64,000 nt of DNA, taken from assembly GCA_022703585.1 (NCBI GenBank), contig JAKLDJ010000002.1:219413-283412 (forward strand). Reading direction: 5' to 3'. Numbering within the stretch: the first letter of the stretch is position 1; each line of letters begins with the position of its first letter. The DNA is from Candidatus Omnitrophota bacterium (GTDB lineage: Bacteria; Omnitrophota; Gorgyraeia; Zapsychrales; JAKLDJ01). The notes beneath the pieces were generated by a model. The model was not told where the DNA came from, did no database searches, and saw only the letters and a program-made list of their open reading frames with translations. Shown piece after piece: positions 39,775 through 48,731 of this stretch. Position numbers and translations under genes: made by a program.

Positions 39775-41990
39775 TACGATTCCTTGGTTTTCATAAGCAG
39801 TTGGCTGCCGAAGAAATTCTTAAAACCCATCCATATCAAAATAATAAAAACCAGGATAAAAACACCGGCCAGGAAATAATTAACAGCATACTGCCACCAC
39901 ATTCCAAAACGCAACACAACGACACTCTCGCCCGCCGGTACCCACAACCCCTTAAAGGCATAATTCGCCCGCCATAATTTTGTTTCCTTGCCGTTAACAA
40001 ACGCCCTCCAGCCTTCGTAAAAACTGTCGTTATAGACTAGGAATTTCTTTGAATCAAAATGAGTCCTAATTTTTATAGAATTAGCGTCAAAATGCAGGAC
40101 CTTAAAATTTGGCTCGTTGCCAGAAACGGTTTCCGCCAACAGCGGCAGCTCGCCGGAACTTTTTGAATCACCCCTGCCCTCCGCTTTGTAACCGCCGGAT
40201 ACAAAGGCGGCATTTTCTATTTTAACCAGCATCTGTTCAAGGCGCTTAAAATCAAAATCGGCATCTTCCATAGGCAAGACACGGTCATAAATAATGAATT
40301 TATGACAAACATATTCCTTGAGAACATTTTGATTAACGCTTTCGCTTAAGAAATACCCCCGTGTCGTTCCCCGGTAGATATTTTTCCCCCCTTCTTTCTT
40401 GGCCTCAACGCCCGAGGAATCACGCATAAAAGCAATACTTTTGTCGACGTCAGATTCTTCTTCTATTTTTGGCCGGCTGAAGGAAAAATGGGTATTAAAA
40501 ATAAACCTGCCCTGTGAAGACGTATCTGCCGGTTGTTCGTCATCAACATTCACTTTTGAAAATATTTCAATCGGCTGCAGGACCGTGACTGCAAATAGAA
40601 TGAAAGCCCAAACCCACGGCCGCAACGGTCTTTTACTTATGCAATAGAAACAAAAAGAAAAAAAGCTAAGAAAAACAGTAAGGTAGGCTGCGCTGACAGT
40701 ATTTTTTTGCCAGTAAAGAATAGCGGCAAACACTAGGTGCATAAAGAACAGAAATCCTAAAAGCGGATATTTCTTTAGCCCCGCCCCCGATAAGCGACCC
40801 ATAAACAAACGAAAGTTCTCGGCGCAGAATAAAACAAAGACCGGGACAAGAACCATCCAGGCAAAGAAATGTAAGTTCCTAAAATATTTGAAATAGACAA
40901 CGTGCTCGTAGAGAAACTTGTGCACGCCCGTCAGATTGCCCAGAATAATTAAAAGGACACAAAAACCGGCAGAAAAAATCACCATTAATTTCTTGCTGAG
41001 GAAATTCCCTATAGAAATCCACAGCAAAAGATAAGAAAAGATCGGAACGTAGAAAAGATTGATTTCTTTTCTACGGATACCGCCGAGCAAATGTTCAAGG
41101 TCAATCCACCCGCCGACACCGCTGGCAGCAATAGCCTTTAAGGCAACCGCTCCCGCAGGCTGACCCACAGGGTGCCCGGAGGCATAATATTCTCCCGCGG
41201 TCGTCGATTGGTACCATAAAAATCCCGGGACAAAAGCGAGAACCGCCAGAAGAAAACATGACCCGGCAAAGACTTTGTGGGATTTAAAGAAAACAAGGCA
41301 TTGACCAAGAAAGGAAACCGCATCCCGGAAGAAAAAAACGCCCAGACAAATCGTCAGAATCAAGAATATCGTCAGAAAATAAAAAGGGACATAGGTGATC
41401 GCAATCAGCATCACCGAGAACGTCATACCTAAAAAGAAAAGCTTGTTACGCTCCTGGGCAAAGGCGAACAGAAAATAAAAAAACCACACGGTAGGGACAA
41501 AAAGCAGAATAACAATAGGGCTGGAGAAAAGGATCCTCCCTAAGATGGAGAATGCCAACAAGACAAAGGCCAAGTAGGCCGCCATTTTATCGCGGGTCAA
41601 GCGTTTGACCAGCAAGTAAAAACCGGCCAACCCTAAAAAGTAATAGGCGACCATAAAGATAAAATAGGACAGCGTTACCGACAGGCCTAATGATTTTAAA
41701 AGAGGGATAGCATAAAAAAACGGGTTAAATTCCCCGATAGTCCGTAAATGCAGCAGATTCGGCCTGCCCCAGGCAAAAAAAGGATTCCACATCGGGTAAA
41801 CACCGTGAACAATATTGTGAATATAAAAATTGATATACTGATAGGCATTCCATGCGTCACGGTTAAGCATGGCCTGGTCATAAAGAAAGGCGCGGAAAAG
41901 ATAGACCCATAGAATGACCGGAGGGAAAAACAAAAAGAAGTTTTTAATAAAAACATTACCTCTGCTCTCTTTTTTCAACACACTGAACAT
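39774..41990 (-). CDS. Large polytopic membrane protein, GT-C-like (YfhO/ArnT-like) putative glycosyltransferase.
   Basis: A 738-aa protein with at least 12 TM helices and a soluble C-terminal domain of about 250 aa. Confidence 0.5.
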   Translation of the reverse strand: MFSVLKKESRGNVFIKNFFLFFPPVILWVYLFRAFLYDQAMLNRDAWNAYQYINFYIHNIVHGVYPMWNPFFAWGRPNLLHLRTIGEFNPFFYAIPLLKSLGLSVTLSYFIFMVAYYFLGLAGFYLLVKRLTRDKMAAYLAFVLLAFSILGRILFSSPIVILLFVPTVWFFYFLFAFAQERNKLFFLGMTFSVMLIAITYVPFYFLTIFLILTICLGVFFFRDAVSFLGQCLVFFKSHKVFAGSCFLLAVLAFVPGFLWYQSTTAGEYYASGHPVGQPAGAVALKAIAASGVGGWIDLEHLLGGIRRKEINLFYVPIFSYLLLWISIGNFLSKKLMVIFSAGFCVLLIILGNLTGVHKFLYEHVVYFKYFRNLHFFAWMVLVPVFVLFCAENFRLFMGRLSGAGLKKYPLLGFLFFMHLVFAAILYWQKNTVSAAYLTVFLSFFSFCFYCISKRPLRPWVWAFILFAVTVLQPIEIFSKVNVDDEQPADTSSQGRFIFNTHFSFSRPKIEEESDVDKSIAFMRDSSGVEAKKEGGKNIYRGTTRGYFLSESVNQNVLKEYVCHKFIIYDRVLPMEDADFDFKRLEQMLVKIENAAFVSGGYKAEGRGDSKSSGELPLLAETVSGNEPNFKVLHFDANSIKIRTHFDSKKFLVYNDSFYEGWRAFVNGKETKLWRANYAFKGLWVPAGESVVVLRFGMWWQYAVNYFLAGVFILVFIILIWMGFKNFFGSQLLMKTKES

Positions 41991-42022
41991 TTTCTAACTA
42001 TCTCCGATAAAAAAAGAAATTT

Positions 42023-42823
42023 TCAAGACCCGTAACATTTTAGAGCGTAAGCCACTTCTTCTTCCAGAGAAGACCCCTTCAAAAGAAATTCCAAAGAAAG
42101 CCAACCCTTATAATTGATTTGCCGTAACGCCTGCGCAAAACTTAAATGATCCACGCCCTTGTAGCCCGGCGCGCATAAATGGGGATCATTGATATGCATA
42201 TGCCCGAGGATATCCGCATGCCTTACAATCATGTCCGGACAAGATTCCTTATTCATGGTCATGCTGCCCGTGTCTAAAAGCAATTTAAAATGAGGATGAT
42301 TGACCAATTGGACTAGCCTGGCCCCCTCGTCGGCAGTATTAACAAAATCACAATCGTACTCGCCTGACAGCGGTTCGATACAAATCGAGATCCCCGCTTC
42401 TTTACATTCCTGGGCTATTTTATAGAAGAATGTAGCGGCAGAAGAAAGCGCCTCGTCAAAAGACAGGTTTCCTTTTTTGCGGTTCTTTCCCGCCCCGAAT
42501 ACCAGAATCGTCCCGCCGATGCCATTGCATAATTCAATCAAGTTTTTGATGTGCCATTCCAGCATTTCCCGGGTCGACGAACCGCCAAAAAGCTGCAATT
42601 CCGGATGATTGTAGACTAAGGACTGAAAGCCGATGGCCGTGATCCCGCGGTCAGCCAGAATCTTCTTAACATCCTCTCTCTCCTTCTTGGGGACCCGGGG
42701 GGAATTCTTCCAGAGCAGCGTGGGGGCAATTTCGATTCCCTTAATCGGCAAAGGCTTAATAATATCCAGCGCCTTTAAAAAAGAATGCCCCCCAAGGGCG
42801 ATGTTAGAGATTCCTATATTCAT
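42023..42823 (-). CDS. Sugar phosphate isomerase/epimerase (xylose-isomerase-like TIM barrel).
   Basis: A 266-aa protein of the AP endonuclease 2 / TIM-barrel family with metal ligands (HMHINDPH). Confidence 0.7.
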   Translation of the reverse strand: MNIGISNIALGGHSFLKALDIIKPLPIKGIEIAPTLLWKNSPRVPKKEREDVKKILADRGITAIGFQSLVYNHPELQLFGGSSTREMLEWHIKNLIELCNGIGGTILVFGAGKNRKKGNLSFDEALSSAATFFYKIAQECKEAGISICIEPLSGEYDCDFVNTADEGARLVQLVNHPHFKLLLDTGSMTMNKESCPDMIVRHADILGHMHINDPHLCAPGYKGVDHLSFAQALRQINYKGWLSLEFLLKGSSLEEEVAYALKCYGS

Positions 42824-42857
42824 AAAGGTCGCAGGGTGAGAAAATCTTTGGGACTGT

Positions 42858-43808
42858 TTAGTTACAGCGTAAAATGTTTTTTATGTTTCTTTTGCGATGA
42901 AGTCTTTCTTCCTGGTGGCGCGCAAAAAAGTTGTCGGCAATTCTTTTAAAGATCGCCAGTTCAAGGCCGATGAATATCATGACTACCCCGATCGTCATAT
43001 AGGAGTGCCGAAATGCAGTTTCTTGGATACCAAAAATCAAGAACGCCATAAAAACAAAAGCAACACCCGCACTGAGAAGCAGTAACCCCATCATCCCCAG
43101 GTAATACGCCCTCTCGCGGCTAAAGGTCACGGAAAAGAAAACGATAATGAGATCATCAATAGCCCTTTGAAGCCTTCCTAAGAAATTATATTTTGAAATA
43201 CCGCGAAAACGGGGCCGGTGCACAACCGGAATCTCGGTTACCCTAAAACCGTTACGATGAGCAAAGGCTGCGGCAAAACGGTACAAGTCACCGTAAAGCG
43301 CCAGATATTGGATAACATTCATCCGGAAACACTTTAAGCCCGAAAAATAATCTTCAAATTTTAAACCTGTAATCAAACGCATAAGCCAATTAAAAAGCCG
43401 CGAGGTAAGAATCGTCCGTTTTTCATCTTGGCGATTCACACGCTTACCCGAGACCACATCAAACCCCTCATCCATTTTCTTAACCAGCTTCGGGACATCC
43501 TCGGGATCATGCTGTAAATCACTATCAATCACAACAACGTATTGCCCCTTGACCAGTTCAAATCCCTGTTCCAGGGCAAGGGCCTTGCCCATTTTCTTAA
43601 AGAAATTAATCACGGTAATATTGCTGTTGTTGCGCTGAATTTCTTCCAGGACTTTCTCGCTATCGTCGGTAGAGCCGTCATTGACGAAAACAATCTGAAA
43701 ACTCCGCCCAAATTCAGAAAGCGCCTTATTGAGCCTCTGAAACAAAGGCATTAAATTGCCTTCCTCGTTATGAGCCGGAATAACCACGGAAATATCATAT
43801 TCTTTCAT
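42858..43808 (-). CDS. Family-2 glycosyltransferase, polyprenyl-phosphate sugar transferase type (ArnC/GtrB/DPM1-like) with C-terminal TM helices.
   Basis: VVIPAHNEE...VNDGSTDDS and a DSD DxD motif, followed by two C-terminal TM segments. Confidence 0.8.
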   Translation of the reverse strand: MKEYDISVVIPAHNEEGNLMPLFQRLNKALSEFGRSFQIVFVNDGSTDDSEKVLEEIQRNNSNITVINFFKKMGKALALEQGFELVKGQYVVVIDSDLQHDPEDVPKLVKKMDEGFDVVSGKRVNRQDEKRTILTSRLFNWLMRLITGLKFEDYFSGLKCFRMNVIQYLALYGDLYRFAAAFAHRNGFRVTEIPVVHRPRFRGISKYNFLGRLQRAIDDLIIVFFSVTFSRERAYYLGMMGLLLLSAGVAFVFMAFLIFGIQETAFRHSYMTIGVVMIFIGLELAIFKRIADNFFARHQEERLHRKRNIKNILRCN

Positions 43809-43879
43809 GGAGCCCCCTTAGATTTTTTCAAATATGTCTTTACGCTACATTTATTATTGTAAGAAATATGCCAATAAAC

Positions 43880-45235
43880 TCAAACGAAAAGTTTCTTTAG
43901 AAAACCAATCATGCGCCGTAGCGAGAATAATTTTATCGCCTTTAACGGCGAGCGCAAATAGTACGCCAGGTAAAAATTGGCCTGATAACGGACAAGTTGT
44001 TCCTGTGTAAAATTGGGGTGGCCCAACGCCGTGCCTGCCTGCTTGCCATAAGCCGTCCAATCGCCGGTTTTAAGGCTAAAGCCGTTTTGATTCTTGCGCG
44101 CCATCTCGTAAATCTGCGTCCCCGGAAACGGCGTTAAAATCGCAAAGTTAACGCTAGAGCAATACCGTCGCATCTTGAGGGCAAACTTCTTTGTCTTTAA
44201 AAGGCTCTCCTTGGTCTCAAATGGAAGCCCAAGAATAAAATTAAGCTCAATATTCGTTATGCCGACTTCTTTGCAGATTTTTAGCACCTTTTCGGCCATC
44301 TCCGGCGTGGTCCCTTTGCCGCACAATTCCAGGATTTTAGGATCCGCGGATTCTATCCCCAAGCTTAGCTCGTCACAGCCGCTTTCTTTCATCGCCCTGA
44401 CCAAATCTTCGTCGATGGTGTTAACCCGGGTGCTGGCAATCCAGCGGATATTTAATTTTTCTTTAATAAACCTCTGGCAAAATTCCATCGCATGCGGCTT
44501 TGACAGCGGAAACGTTCCGGCCTTAAGATCAAACCTTTTAAAACCGTAGTTGTCCATGCCATAGCGGATCTCTTCGATAATCCTTTGAGGGCTTTTATAG
44601 CGGACATCCCGACCCAGCGTTCGAAAACAAAAAACACATTCAAAGGGACAACCCCGCAAGGGCTCAACCGGAACGACAGAATACTTTTTTAAGTCATATA
44701 AATCCCACGCCGGAAAAGGCAATGTGTTTAAATCCTCAAAATCCTTGCGCGGCGGATTAACAGAAATATCTCCCTCGGCGCTTCTGTAGGCGAGGCCGTT
44801 GATATCTTTAAGGGCTTTGCCTTGAACAATGCTCCGAAGGGTCGACTCCCCTTCGCCTACGCACACAATATCAAACGACGGAAATTGCTTGAGGGTCTCA
44901 TGGGGAAGGGCGGTCACATGTTGTCCGCCGACGATGGTAACGATATGCGGGTTATTTTTCTTAACCTCTTCCGCTATCTTGGCGGCATCAATAATTTCTT
45001 CCGTATATGCCGGAAGAGCCAGGTATCCGGGGTTGGTTTTACGAATCTCCTCGACTAACTGTTCCAGCGTCATTTTTTCCGCTTGAGGATCAAGAATAGA
45101 AACGTCCAGGCCTTCCTTCCGCAGGACCGCGGCAAGGATAGCGATTCCGGCCCGTAAATGCGGTTCGGTATGCTGAACATAATCTTTCCGCTGGGAAATA
45201 AAAGCGCTGTTAAGCAGGACGAATTTTCCAGGCAT
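43880..45235 (-). CDS. B12-binding radical SAM enzyme (class B rSAM). The ORF extends to 45271; the likely start is MPGKFVLLN at 45235.
   Basis: It has an N-terminal cobalamin-binding Rossmann domain and a CPFECVFC radical SAM motif. Confidence 0.8.
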   Translation of the reverse strand: MPGKFVLLNSAFISQRKDYVQHTEPHLRAGIAILAAVLRKEGLDVSILDPQAEKMTLEQLVEEIRKTNPGYLALPAYTEEIIDAAKIAEEVKKNNPHIVTIVGGQHVTALPHETLKQFPSFDIVCVGEGESTLRSIVQGKALKDINGLAYRSAEGDISVNPPRKDFEDLNTLPFPAWDLYDLKKYSVVPVEPLRGCPFECVFCFRTLGRDVRYKSPQRIIEEIRYGMDNYGFKRFDLKAGTFPLSKPHAMEFCQRFIKEKLNIRWIASTRVNTIDEDLVRAMKESGCDELSLGIESADPKILELCGKGTTPEMAEKVLKICKEVGITNIELNFILGLPFETKESLLKTKKFALKMRRYCSSVNFAILTPFPGTQIYEMARKNQNGFSLKTGDWTAYGKQAGTALGHPNFTQEQLVRYQANFYLAYYLRSPLKAIKLFSLRRMIGFLKKLFV

Positions 45236-45248
45236 GGTATTGCACCGG

Positions 45249-45968
45249 CTAAGTTTTTTCGTAAACACCAAAAATGGTTATTCCAAAGGGAATCGGGAAA
45301 TTATTTCTGATAAAAAACGTTTCCAATCGGCAAACCGCGTAAAGGATCGCGTTGATAAAACGCGGCAACGGAGCGTAGACAAGCCGCGACCCTTTTTTGT
45401 TAAATAATTTTGCGCCGGCAATCGGCAGAAAAAGAAAGAACATCCAGTATCCCAGCCGACGGCATTGCATAACCGAAAGAATATTCTTAACTAGTCCCTT
45501 GCTATAGCGCCTCACATGGCCGTAAAACCGGTCGTGGGCACTATACAGCCAAGGCAAAGCCGGAACCGTAAACAAAAAAATCCCGCCGGGTTTTAAGACA
45601 CGGCGGATTTCCCGTACCGCCAGAGCATGATCTTCGATGTATTCTAAAACATCGAATGCCGTAACAATATCAAAGTATCCGTCGGGATAATCGATCGCAC
45701 AGGCGCTCGACACCTTTTTCTCGTAACAGGCATTTGGGCTTAAGGACTCAACGGCCTTCGCCTCGCTATCGATCGCAAAAACTTTTCCATAAGTCTGCAT
45801 TAACGCCAGATCATCACCCGTGCCTACGCCGATGTTTAATATTTTCCGTTGGGCGGGAATATCCTCTTTCCCGGATACCCGATCGAACAGTATCCGTATC
45901 AGATCCAGCTTACTCTTATACCAGAAATAATCTTTCGAGAGGCCGGCGGCCGGGGCGCGTAAGTCCAT
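45249..45968 (-). CDS. Class I SAM-dependent methyltransferase.
   Basis: ILNIGVGTGDD (motif I) is present in a 239-aa ORF. Confidence 0.75.
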   Translation of the reverse strand: MDLRAPAAGLSKDYFWYKSKLDLIRILFDRVSGKEDIPAQRKILNIGVGTGDDLALMQTYGKVFAIDSEAKAVESLSPNACYEKKVSSACAIDYPDGYFDIVTAFDVLEYIEDHALAVREIRRVLKPGGIFLFTVPALPWLYSAHDRFYGHVRRYSKGLVKNILSVMQCRRLGYWMFFLFLPIAGAKLFNKKGSRLVYAPLPRFINAILYAVCRLETFFIRNNFPIPFGITIFGVYEKT

Positions 45969-45993
45969 AATCTTTCCCTGGGAGAAATTTTCC

Positions 45994-47112
45994 TTAAAAA
46001 GCCTTTTTCAAAGTACCGGTAATATACGCGATTTGAGATGATGTCATTTCAGGATATACAGGTAACGATAAAATCTTTTCGCTGGCGGATTCGGTCTCCG
46101 GAAATGCGCCTTTTGAATAACCCAATTGGGCGTATCCCTTTTGAAGATAAAACGGAATAGGATAATGGATTCCTGCTTGAATACCGTTTTTGGATAAAAA
46201 TTCGATTACCTTTGATCGGCGATCAACCTGGACAACAAACAGATGAAAAACATGGGTCTCGGGATTTACAATGTCGGGGAGCTTAAGAATGCCTTTCTTT
46301 TCCAGCGGTTTTAACTCTTGAGAATATTTCTTTGCGATCTCCCAGCGCTTAAGATTCCACTGATCCAGATATTTGAGCTTAACGTTTAAAACTGCGGCCT
46401 GGATACTGTCGAGCCTGGAGTTTATTCCCCGTTGGGGGTATTCATATTTCTTTTCGGAACCGAAATTGCGCATGCTGCGGATTTTCTTTGCCAACTTTTC
46501 CGAGGAAGCCGACATCGCCCCGCCGTCGCCGTAAGCCCCCAAATTCTTCCCGGGATAAAAACTGAAACATCCGAATTGCCCAAAAGTGCCGACGCGTTTC
46601 TTTTTCCAGCGCGCTCCCGCGGCCTGGGCAACGTCTTCGACGATAAAAAGCGAATGCTTTTGGGCAATTTTTGCAATAACATCCATATTACAAGCACGCC
46701 CGTACAAATGAACGGGACAAATCGCTTTAGTGCGGGACGTAATCGCGGATTCGATTTTCTTTAAATCAATTAAATACGTTTCCGGGTCCATATCGACTAA
46801 GACCGGACGCGCGCCCGTCTCCATAACCCCGACCGCCGTTGCCACAAAGGTATTAGCCGGAATGATCACCTCGTCATTGACTCCTAATCCCAGGGCAGCA
46901 AAGGCTAAATGAAGCGCGTCGGTCGCATTCGCAACGCCAACAACGTAATCGGCCTCCAGAAATTCCGCAAAAGACCGCTCAAACTCTTCCACCTGCGGCC
47001 CCAAAATAAAAGAAGCCGAGGCGCAAACCTCGGCAATATTTTTATCAATCTCTTTCTTAAGTTTTTGATACTGAATCTTAAGATCCACCAAGGGAATATT
47101 CATTTCAAGCAA
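45994..47112 (-). CDS. DegT/DnrJ/EryC1/StrS-family PLP-dependent sugar aminotransferase.
   Basis: The 372-aa ORF matches the family along its length. From memory it resembles ArnB and WecE. Confidence 0.85.
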   Translation of the reverse strand: MLEMNIPLVDLKIQYQKLKKEIDKNIAEVCASASFILGPQVEEFERSFAEFLEADYVVGVANATDALHLAFAALGLGVNDEVIIPANTFVATAVGVMETGARPVLVDMDPETYLIDLKKIESAITSRTKAICPVHLYGRACNMDVIAKIAQKHSLFIVEDVAQAAGARWKKKRVGTFGQFGCFSFYPGKNLGAYGDGGAMSASSEKLAKKIRSMRNFGSEKKYEYPQRGINSRLDSIQAAVLNVKLKYLDQWNLKRWEIAKKYSQELKPLEKKGILKLPDIVNPETHVFHLFVVQVDRRSKVIEFLSKNGIQAGIHYPIPFYLQKGYAQLGYSKGAFPETESASEKILSLPVYPEMTSSQIAYITGTLKKAF

Positions 47113-47114
47113 CC

Positions 47115-48284
47115 TCAGATAGGTAGGTCATGAGCTGCATTATAAGCACTATTAATTTCCAGCGCCAATCGGTTACAGCGGGCATGGGCCTTAAAACAAC
47201 GGTCACAATTGAAATCCGACCCTTGAGAACTAATAAGCAGCCGCTCAAATTCTTTGCGGTTATCCGGAATGGCCCCTAACTTACCGAATAGAAATGACGG
47301 CGTAGCAATACTCGAGCAGCGATACATGTTGCCGTCAGCAGCCAGTGTCGTCTGGTAATACGTGTAGACGCAATGCCTGTAATTCATCCGGTCGACGTCT
47401 TGATTGAAAGGCGGAAAGTAAAAAATGTAAGGTTTATCGTCGGGGCTATGAGAGTAAAACTTCTTTAGGCGCTGTTCATAAACAAGATTCTGCGGGATTT
47501 CCACTTTTTGTTTATAGTCGCGCACCCGGGCAAACGGTTTTCCGTATTGGTCGTAAGGAATGGAAAAACGCAGGGAATCAACCCCCAACTCTTTGGCGAT
47601 TCTTACCATGCGCGCAATTTCCTCCTCGGAAGAATTAACCGAATTCATCAAATAACAGATCCTGACCGCCGGCCGCTGAGGATTCTTCTTTTGAAGAGCA
47701 CACGCCATCGCGATCCCTTCGATGATCGTGTCGAAGTGATTGACTTTAAGATTCTTCGTCTTCATGTGGCTTTCGGGCGTTCCGGCATCGAGACTGACCG
47801 AAAGATAATCTTTCTTATCCATCAGCATAAAAAGTTCGGTCAGAAAGCCTTTTTCCTCTTCGAGATTCTTAAGCCGTGAGCCGTTGGTATGGATACCAAA
47901 ACTTACTTTAAGTCTTTTTGTCACCCGAAGAAAATCCATCAGGTAAGGATTTAAAAGCGGTTCCGTATAGGCACCTCCGAAGATATGGTACTCGCACTTG
48001 GCGGGGCCGATATCTTCCAAAAGCCTTAAAACCTTTGGTTCGTCCATCCCTAAGGGGCGTTTAAGAAGCCCTCCCTGGCAATAATAACAGTCAAAATCAC
48101 ACGGACGTTTGTGGTCACCGGGCAGGTGGATCTCAAGCTGACGGGGATAGACGACCTTACCGGCAAAGACCTTGCTAAAGTCTCCGCCCAAGAAGTCTTT
48201 AAGGATCTTGAGGTAATCGTAATTGTCAGGCCGCTGGGGCAAGCCGTCGATTAAAGGTAAGGCAACGGATTCTTCGGAAGCCAT
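47115..48284 (-). CDS. Radical SAM protein, possibly with a C-terminal SPASM/twitch-like Cys cluster.
   Basis: It has a CDFDCYYCQG motif and C-terminal CDRCFKAHARC. A good RBS (AAAAAAGGAAGATATG) precedes the start. Confidence 0.75.
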   Translation of the reverse strand: MASEESVALPLIDGLPQRPDNYDYLKILKDFLGGDFSKVFAGKVVYPRQLEIHLPGDHKRPCDFDCYYCQGGLLKRPLGMDEPKVLRLLEDIGPAKCEYHIFGGAYTEPLLNPYLMDFLRVTKRLKVSFGIHTNGSRLKNLEEEKGFLTELFMLMDKKDYLSVSLDAGTPESHMKTKNLKVNHFDTIIEGIAMACALQKKNPQRPAVRICYLMNSVNSSEEEIARMVRIAKELGVDSLRFSIPYDQYGKPFARVRDYKQKVEIPQNLVYEQRLKKFYSHSPDDKPYIFYFPPFNQDVDRMNYRHCVYTYYQTTLAADGNMYRCSSIATPSFLFGKLGAIPDNRKEFERLLISSQGSDFNCDRCFKAHARCNRLALEINSAYNAAHDLPI

Positions 48285-48369
48285 ATCTTCCTTTTTTGGC
48301 CAGGATAACAGTTTCTTCCTGAGTGATCTCTCCCAGCCATATTATTAAATTTATTTAAAATAGTAGGGT

Positions 48370-48398
48370 ATTTTAACTCGGAAAATCCCCAACGACAA
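48370..48398 (-). promoter_or_regulatory. Putative sigma70 promoter (TTGTCG, 17 nt spacer, TAAAAT) for the rSAM/DegT/MTase/GT2 operon.
   Basis: The reverse complement reads ttgtcgttggggattttccgagttaaaat, about 85 nt upstream of the 48284 start. Confidence 0.4.
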
Positions 48399-48433
48399 GA
48401 TAAAAAATAGCTTCAATAGGATTTTGGGGAAAA

Positions 48434-48467
48434 GGGCGGCAGGATTGCTTTGGCAATCCTGCCGCCC
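48434..48467 (-). terminator. Rho-independent terminator of hcp.
   Basis: A 15-bp perfect stem (gggcggcaggattgc tttg gcaatcctgccgccc) followed on the minus strand by TTTTCCCCAAAAT. Confidence 0.7.
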
Positions 48468-48506
48468 TTCCCACCTTTTATTATACTAATATTAATTTAA
48501 ATACTA

Positions 48507-48731
48507 CTTTTTATTATCAGTCTTCGTATTCGTAAGCTCTCCGCGGCTGGTGTTGATGAATAGCATCTGTTGCTTCATCTGGGCAATAGCCTCTTTACCA
48601 ATCACAAGATAAGTCCCTGGCATCACTGAAATACGCAACCCGACGATCTCGTTTTGGATAAGATCCTCCATGCCGATCTTCTTAAAAACCTTAGGATCTA
48701 CCGTCCTGCCAAGGCCTCTCTCAAATCTTCG
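48507..48731 (-). pseudogene. Remnant of a D-isomer-specific 2-hydroxyacid dehydrogenase gene (NAD-binding-domain fragment).
   Basis: The minus-strand frame reads ...DPKVFKKIGMEDLIQNEIVGLRISVMPGTYLVIGKEAIAQMKQQMLFINTSRGELTNTKTDNKK*. It contains the family's LIxKExxxxMKxxxxLINTxRG signature, lacks both its N- and C-terminal parts, and overlaps the hcp stop codon. Confidence 0.55.
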
